64,000 nt of DNA from the human T2T-CHM13v2.0 reference genome, Homo sapiens: the NCBI RefSeq assembly GCF_009914755.1, contig NC_060930.1, one strand, 5' to 3'. Under the pieces are notes generated by a model. The model was given only the letters and a program-made list of their open reading frames with translations, ran no database searches and was not told where the DNA came from. Numbering within the stretch: the first letter of the stretch is position 1; each line of letters begins with the position of its first letter. A program made the translations under genes and the position numbers. Below are positions 56,643 through 64,000 of the stretch, in pieces.

Positions 56643-56859
56643 AAATTTAACTTTTAAAAAACATAATTAATAATATTCCTCAATACTCTAACATAGTACT
56701 ATATATGTGTATATATCATTATGTACTAGTATAGTACTAGAATTAATATACACATTCCTTTGACATACTTTTTCTTATTCATTGATTTCATTTTACATAC
56801 CTATTTCAATTATTTCTAAAAATTATTTTCTGTATTCTTCAAATATTTGCCCAGGTAGC

Positions 56860-56960
56860 TCAACAAATTCCTGAATTACATTCTCAGATTCTGATTTATT
56901 GGGTCTGGAGAGGTACAAGGAAGTAAAATTTTAGCAAAGATCTTTGGTGATCCTAATGAA
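56860..56960. mobile_element. MER5A-like fragment
   Basis: CAGATTCTGATTTATTGGGTCTGGAG...TTTTAGCAAAG...GGTGATCCTAATG. Confidence 0.55.
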
Positions 56961-57418
56961 ATCAATAATAATACAATCAATAATATTTTACAAAACTACT
57001 TTAAAATATTTGTTTTTGAGAATATTGTTTCACCAAAGTAACATAAATATTTTAAGAAAACATTTATGTGAAATATTTTTAAGAAAAAATTCAATAATAT
57101 TTTGACATGCTCAATAATATTTTAATGGGCTAAACAGATATCAATAGATTTTCATATTCTCCTAATTCTTATTTTGCAGGGGAATTTGGTTTTCTTGCCT
57201 GTTAGATACAATATGAGAATTGAGTTTGCTAGAGTGCATTCTCCAAGATTACCTGTGACCCAGAAAGCTTACAGAACTTGGATTAAAACCTTAAAAACCT
57301 ACTAACACTTTACATGCTGTTGCAGTACTTCAGTTGCAATAGCTACTTATTTTTCTAGACTCCTTTATTCATCTCTTCTTCCTTATTTGCTGAGATACAA
57401 GAAACTAATAGATTTGTT

Positions 57419-57901
57419 TGTGACCAAGATGGTCTATTCATCTTCCTCACCTCTACTAAACTTTAGACAGGTTTCTCCCTGACTGTAGGTCCCTAACCTC
57501 CCTGTTCTTGGAGTGTTTAGTTTAGAAAACTTAGAATTATAAATTCTCTCTCTGTCCTTTTGAGATGTAAATCTTCTCCCTGCCTCCTACAACCCAGGAA
57601 TATCTGTTTCAAGAAACAGAGCCATCTCTTTGAAATATAGTCATCAAAGAACAGAGTGTCACCATCTCCCAGTTTCTGTGAGAGGGTAGGGGCCTAATGT
57701 CCACAGGCACCAATTAGCACACACAAATGGCCTCATCACATACACCATGCTTCCCTATAATGTCCTTCAGTACTTTTCCACCGGCTCACTTTTCTTGCTT
57801 TTTGTTTCAACAGAGTTAAGTTCAGTCTGTCTTCCATATTGTAATAGTCTTGAATAAAGTCTTCCTTGTCTGTTTATGTCCACTGCAATTTTTCTTCAAT
57901 A
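57419..57901 (+). mobile_element. MER67/MER31-group ERV1 solo LTR
   Basis: CTAAACTTTAGACAGGTTTC...TTTGAGATGTAAATCTTCTCC...GTAATAGTCTTGAATAAAGTCTTCCTTG. Confidence 0.75.
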
Positions 57902-60349
57902 TTAGTTTTTACCTCTTTTCTTTAAGAAGAGAAACTCTTATATTACCAAGAAGAACCTTAGCAATTCAAAAACTTTCTATTTGTAATATCAGAAAAAAAC
58001 TTCAGCTCCAGGATATCTGACTAGTCAATTGCTGCTTAATTATGTTTATAATTGCTAGTGATTCCCTCATTATAAATAGCAGTTGATATTGATGTGTCAC
58101 TTTAACTTATCTTCATAGTCTCAGGGAACCATAAAATCTCCACCAAAGGTCTCTTTCTACATGCTCCATATTTGTATTAACATTGCTTCCTAATTCAAAT
58201 AAAGACATGTAAAATATGAAATTAATGGAAGCTTCTTTGGGAAAGTGAACAGTAACTATTGCTCTTCAAAACTCTGTTTGTAGATGCTCTTTCTAAGTTT
58301 GATGGATGGAAATAATTTATCCAGAAATATCTTTATACATTATTTTTGCAATATGAGTATCTAATTAAAGAACAATGGTTATGACAAATAAATGTAAAAG
58401 TTGATTTATTCTACCAAAGAAATATGTATTTAACATGGCCTATTTTAAGAAATCATTAATTGAATACTTTGAATTTTCTCTAGACTCCATAATAATATTC
58501 TAAAAAAGAAAACGATCATAATGAAAATCACTTAAATAAAAATAATTTCTAAGTATAAATTATAACAGTATTGTTGATGTATTTGCATAATATTCTAATT
58601 GTTGCAAGACAGAAGCAGCCATAAGTTGGCATATAAATCATGGTATGAGGGTATTATGGATTTCACTGGGTGGGCAATTAGGTTTCAATATGTAAGGGAG
58701 TGCTTTGGGAAACTTAAATTTGTTTTATAACCTCATTATATTAAAATTTAGCTATATAATTGAAGCACATATTCACAGCTTAAGGCTTCCTTAAACTACA
58801 CTAGAAAATTGTTTAATCTTTGGAAATGGTTTATATAGGCATACTTTAAAAAATTTTTCCTATGAGGCTGAATTTTTTCTAGTTAGAAAAAAATTACCAT
58901 ATATAATAGTAATTAAAATGTGTACTTATTGCTTACAAACAACTCAACAAACAACAAAACAAAATAAAACAACTTCCACCCCTCTTTCCATATTGCATAC
59001 CACTTCTCTCACTTTATCTTTCTTTTCACATTTCTCATAATTAAGACATAACAGCTGTGCATCCAGCTTTTCTTCATATTCCTCATTTCTTGGCTTCACA
59101 TTCCTCATTTTGTTAAAATATGTAACATAAAGTCACTGCTATCAGACTCTGTGCTTTGAATTTTCTTAATTTAGAAGTCCTAAAATATCTGCCCAATAGA
59201 GGATTTGTTCAATCCCTATTTAAGCAAAGTCCTTAGTGCTACATTTTGAGCTGTTAAAATGAAATTAAGTTTCAGCTGTAACAGGTATATTGGATTGTTC
59301 CTGGAACTTATAATTCTCTAAAATTGGGAGACTGCCCTGAAAAGAAGCTGAGAATTAAATAAAAATAGACTTATCCTGTTTTGGTCAGCTTCTCAAGTAG
59401 GAAAAACAATAGTCAATGTGGCTGTTTATTAATTTTTATTAAAGGAAATATTTGTTCTAGTAAAATTATACTTTTCCCCCTCAAATTTTAACCAACTTTC
59501 ATTTTCGAAACATTTTTAGAAGAAATAGTCATTGATAAAAATGATATTAACTTGTTTTAAGCTTTTTAAATAGTGATATAATAATAATAATGTGTCTTTA
59601 TTGTTTGTATCTAGAAAGACCATTTTTATTTTCAGCTTTTACATTTACTTAGAACTCCCCACATTTTAACATCCTCAAACATTTAAATGGAAACATTTTT
59701 TCTCATAAATTTATTTTCTATTAAATTGTGTGCATGATTGAAATGCATTCTTCTCTTCCAAATGTTCATATTGAAATTACTACAGTATTAATATTTATCA
59801 TTAAAACAGCACAAAATATTGAATATTATAAGATCAGAATTTCTGCTTGCTGAATTCATTCCCACAGCTCTTCAATATAAAATAAGTTTGGAAAATTCAA
59901 ACTTTAATATACAGTATATGATTATGTAGCAGTGTTTTAATGATTTATTGGCTACATAAGTTTTTTACACAGATAAGATTGTAAATTAATAAAAGAAATC
60001 CAGGTTATTAGTAAGAGAACAAAAGAATGTGGAATAAATATGGAGCATAGCAATGAGGAGGTGTGGACACATCCATGGGTTCACTACTTTCCTCCTTGAA
60101 AATACAATTATAAGTGAATCTAGAATACTAAAAATTCAGCAGTCTCCTTGGTCCATGGCTAATTCTACACTTAAATTGAGAGATGAAATAACCATATTAC
60201 AAATACTAACGATCATCATCTATTTTCATTGGCCTTACATTCTCCTCCATTTAATATGGAAAATTGCTTTGTCTACAAAATGTTCATTTTTTTCTATTTT
60301 TAAAATGTGGCCTCTGTATTTTAATCTATAATCTCCTAAAGTATTGAAT

Positions 60350-60650
60350 TACGTGGTTTGACTTTACACTATGCGAAGATTAAGCATTTCCTTTTGTTCC
60401 TTTTAAATTAACCTTCCATTAGTTTTGAGTGATCCCTCCTTCTTGTATTATGAAATAGCACATAAAAAGGATCTTATCAATTTTTACTATACCCATCACA
60501 ATCTTAAATAACTCAATTATATTTACTCTATCTCTTCACATTTCCAGGCTAAATAATCTTAGCTTCCCTGACTTCCTTTTGTGTATGAGTAAGTTTCATT
60601 CTACTTTAACCATCTTATGTGTCCTTTTGTGAACGCTTTCATTCTTATCT
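60350..60650 (-). mobile_element. Ancient CR1/L3-class LINE 3' remnant
   Basis: TTCCTTTTGTTCCTTTTAAA...TTCTTGTATTATGA...TTTCCAGGCTAAATAATCTTAGCTTCC...CATCTTATGTGTCCTTTTGTGAAC resembles CR1 antisense. Confidence 0.6.
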
Positions 60651-60724
60651 TTCCCTGGGGGATATATCTTAAGACAGTATTTCATATTGGAAGATTCCAT
60701 ATATAATTATAACATACCTTAGTG

Positions 60725-60870
60725 CTATTAATTTGCATTTATATACCATTTCATTTATGCAAAGTGCTTTTCAGTTTATCTTCACAATATTGCTGGGAAC
60801 TTATTAGCATATGTTTTTGGAAAGAGAAAGTACAAAGAGGTTGAAACTAACCCCAAATCACTAGAGGTAC
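60725..60870 (-). mobile_element. MIR/MIR3 remnant
   Basis: TTGCATTTATATA...GCAAAGTGCTTTT...ATCTTCACAATA...AGAGGTTGAA. Confidence 0.45.
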
Positions 60871-61401
60871 ATCTAAATCATCTTTTGAAACAAGAAAAAA
60901 AAATGATCTTTTTCATTTAAATAATCTATTTAAAATGCTAATTTGATTGATGGGAACTTACTAAAAGCCCTTGTTAATTTTCTAGTAATAGAAGGAACAA
61001 GTGAACAAAATGATAATTTTGAAATAGTTATTCTCAAACTAGTAAGACTACTTTTTTACATGTGAGAATGAGTTAGAAATGTAAAAGTTTATAACATATT
61101 TTGAGTTTAAAATAATTTTTATCAAACAATAAAGAATTTCTAGTATTTTAAAAACTCAAAGTTAATTGTACTCAAAATTTTAATTGGGGTGGATTGAATC
61201 TAGCAATATCAATTACATAAGTAGATTTCAGCTTTACATCCCAGGAGGTATCTCCTCTCCATGCTTATGTAGATTGGAGGTGGTCATTATGATGATCTGA
61301 GTTACACAACCCTGTTTTAGACCCTTGGCTTGATGGAAATTCACTATATTCATTCCTGGGCTTTTGGTTTCATTGGTGTAATACTTACAACTAAGGTCTA
61401 A

Positions 61402-61862
61402 TATTTTGTGCTGCTTGGACTGGTGAAATCATGAGCCTCAAATGGCTTAATCACTAGTTTTAAAGTCTTCTCTCTGCTCCTACAAATTAGGTCCTCTAGC
61501 CAAACAAACCACCTTACCAAATGGATCAGGTGAAGCTCCTGCTTATCCCTGAGCAGCTTGCAGTTCTCTGCCAGCCCACAAAATGATTCAAACAAGCCCA
61601 CCACATTCTCCCTCCAGGACAAGAAGACACTCTACCTTCTTGTGGGTCTGCCCCCACAGCCCCTAGCTGTTCCGTCTGTTATAGATTGCAACCCCTGTGT
61701 GGAATGCAGTGTCCTTTTCCCCTAGGGAGTGGGTGTGCATGACTCATAAACTTCCGTGGATCTTATCTGTCTAGTGACAGTTGTCATGTGTTTAGCCATT
61801 GCTATAATCTTAAGGTGGGAATATCTACTTCACCTAAAGGATGACTAGGAGGCGCTAAAACA
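61402..61862 (+). mobile_element. MER54/MER73/MER74-group (ERVL) solo LTR
   Basis: CCTGCTTATCCCTGAG...GATTCAAACAAGCC...TGTCATGTGTTTAGCCAT...AGGAGGCGCTAAAACA. Confidence 0.65.
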
Positions 61863-62507
61863 TCACATAATATCAGTTCTTGGATCACTGGTCACTTTGT
61901 TCGCTAATGAGCCACAGCCTTAAAGAGTATTTCATTTGTTAGCATGCTTATATCCCATACTAATAAATTTAAAAATTGTGAAGATGTGGGTTTACAAATA
62001 GGCATGAAGATTTTCTAAGAAGTTTTTTTTTTTTTTTTTAATTATACAGGCCCCTGGAGTAGTCTTTGGAAAGTAATTTCTTACGATAAAAGCAATTTCA
62101 AAGCATTTACTGTTTTTACTAGGGTGTCCAAATTTCTGCATTTGTAAGAACCTTAGTGAAATGCAGCTAATATCAGTTTGGTATGCAGAAAAACCACAAG
62201 TAGAAAGAAAAGAATATCTCAGGATTAGAAACAGGGAAGAACCATAAATAAGTAATTAATTTACTGAGAAGATATCATGTAACAAAAAAAAAAAAAAACA
62301 AATACTAGGCCACTATCTCATTTAATTTTTATAATAATTCTAAGGAGAGTCATTATTTCTTTGTTTAAAATATGAGAAGTCTGATTCTGAGAGATATTAT
62401 ATATATTTTTCAAAATGTATACAGCTGGCGAAGAGCAGAACTCTTTTCTGTTGGTTAAAACACATACATTTTTCATTATAATAGAAAACCAAAACAACAC
62501 AAAAATT

Positions 62508-62581
62508 AAAGAAAGAGAAAGGAAGGAAGGGAGAGAGGAAGCAAGGAAGGGAAAGGAAGAAAAGTGAAAGGAAAGGAAAGA
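62508..62581. repeat. GA-rich (GGAA/GGAAA) polypurine tract
   Basis: Read directly from the sequence. Confidence 0.85.
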
Positions 62582-63512
62582 CACAGATTAGGGAAAAACA
62601 GTTTTGTTACCTTTTCTTAAATTTTTAAGTGGGAGCAGTTAAAATTATGGTAATAGGATGGTTCTGGTATTCTCTTAAAAATGAATCCTCAGCTTTTTCA
62701 ATAAATTACTGTGGAGACTAGTATGCTAAGTAAAATTGCTTCACCATAAGTACCAGCATTCATGATAAAGGTAAACATCTTATTTATAGTCAGATATTTG
62801 TTTTTATTTAGATGCGTTATTTAATAATTTTTTTACACTGAATATTTTACTGATGATATAAGATCTATAATCTTGTATGGTATACCCTAGAAAACGTTAG
62901 AAACATAATCTGTGTAAAATTACGTATATAGAAAATGCATTTCTAATTCTAAACTTATAATTTTATTATAACAAAGGGAGACAGTATTGCTTTATTAAAA
63001 AAAGTAAAAATAAAAGTTTCAAAATGCAATGCAGTTGGAATAAATGTTTACCACTTTTTATTTTTTAAAAAAGGAAAGTACAGTGCCTTTTTCAAATACC
63101 TTTACAATTTTTGAACACTTCTCAGTCAATAATCTTGTGTATTAAAACATTCATTGGAGGTGATGTGACACATCATTGGTCTTGAGTCATATTTACTATA
63201 TCATATAATTATTAGCAAATAAATACAATGTGACAAACAAGATTGATAAAAAGTTCTCTCTACCAACTTGCAAAATGTTTTGCCCAGGTTTCTTGCCTTT
63301 GAGAGAAATCATAACTTTGGTTTGAGGAATAGAAAAGTAAATATGAAGGACTTCTGCTGTCACTGTCTTAAAAGTATCAAATTTAGAAAAGCTTCTATTT
63401 TTCTTCAATGTTTGTATGACTATTAAGGAAAGTGCTTTTTTGAGATATGTATCTACATACTAGATACACTTTATAGAGTAGTAATGGGTCTTTCTTTGAA
63501 TATTCCTCCAGT

Positions 63513-63650
63513 CCAGTATTTCAAACTTCCCCTATTACAACAATGCGCCTGGGGAACTTGTTACAAATAGAGGCACTTGCCCTCACATTCACCTTCAATA
63601 GGCCCAGAGTAGGGCTCAGGATATTTGTACTCCCCAGGAATTTACTTTGT
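63513..63650. mobile_element. MER5-family fragment
   Basis: CAGTATTTCAAACTT...CCTGGGGAACTTGTTACAAATAGA...GTAGGGCTCAGGA...CTCCCCAGG. Confidence 0.55.
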
Positions 63651-64000
63651 ACTTGTTGTGAATAATTAGCAATCACTATTTATGTATTAAAATTTAAAAT
63701 GCTAAAAATCTAGAAAGCTACCTCAAGTCTTATAATAGTAAATTTCTATTTTAGTAATTATTTTATTTATTTTTAATTTTGGATAATTTTATCATTGCTC
63801 AAAAATGTCAATAATTTCCAATAGCCTGGTTATTCACAAAAGATTATCATTTTTAAAAGTCAAAATCTTTATAGTTTGGGAGGATCACCTCATTTGTACT
63901 TCAATATTATATTGCCTCGTGTAGCTGAGTTAATGGTAAGCAATTTAATTTTTTATTCTACATTTTCTGAATCTGTGACATTTTCCTAAATTCTTTGCAA

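Overview
Human nuclear DNA. The species call rests on a consensus-like AluYb8 and an AluYa5-type element. The window is AT-rich, has no recognisable CpG island and no supportable protein-coding exon, so it is intergenic or deep-intronic. The ORF track is explained by Alu, L1, THE1 and microsatellite sequence or by chance. Roughly half the window is recognisable transposon remains: two full-length THE1 (MaLR) elements with TSDs, solo LTRs (THE1, MLT2A1, MER67-like, MER54-like, MLT1), about 8 Alus plus monomers, MIR, L2 and CR1 relics, MER/MADE DNA elements, and a ~16 kb nested L1 cluster (27.5-43.75 kb). I found no new gene system. The least-explained structure is a set of DNA-repair-like scars: four short insertions apparently copied from sequence ~0.5-1.5 kb away (one partly inverted, one of uncertain local origin), several tandem duplications, and a 59-nt orphan retrocopy with an A-rich tail and TSD inside an L1. 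Repeat subfamily names come from remembered consensus sequences, not a database search, and boundaries of old elements are approximate.
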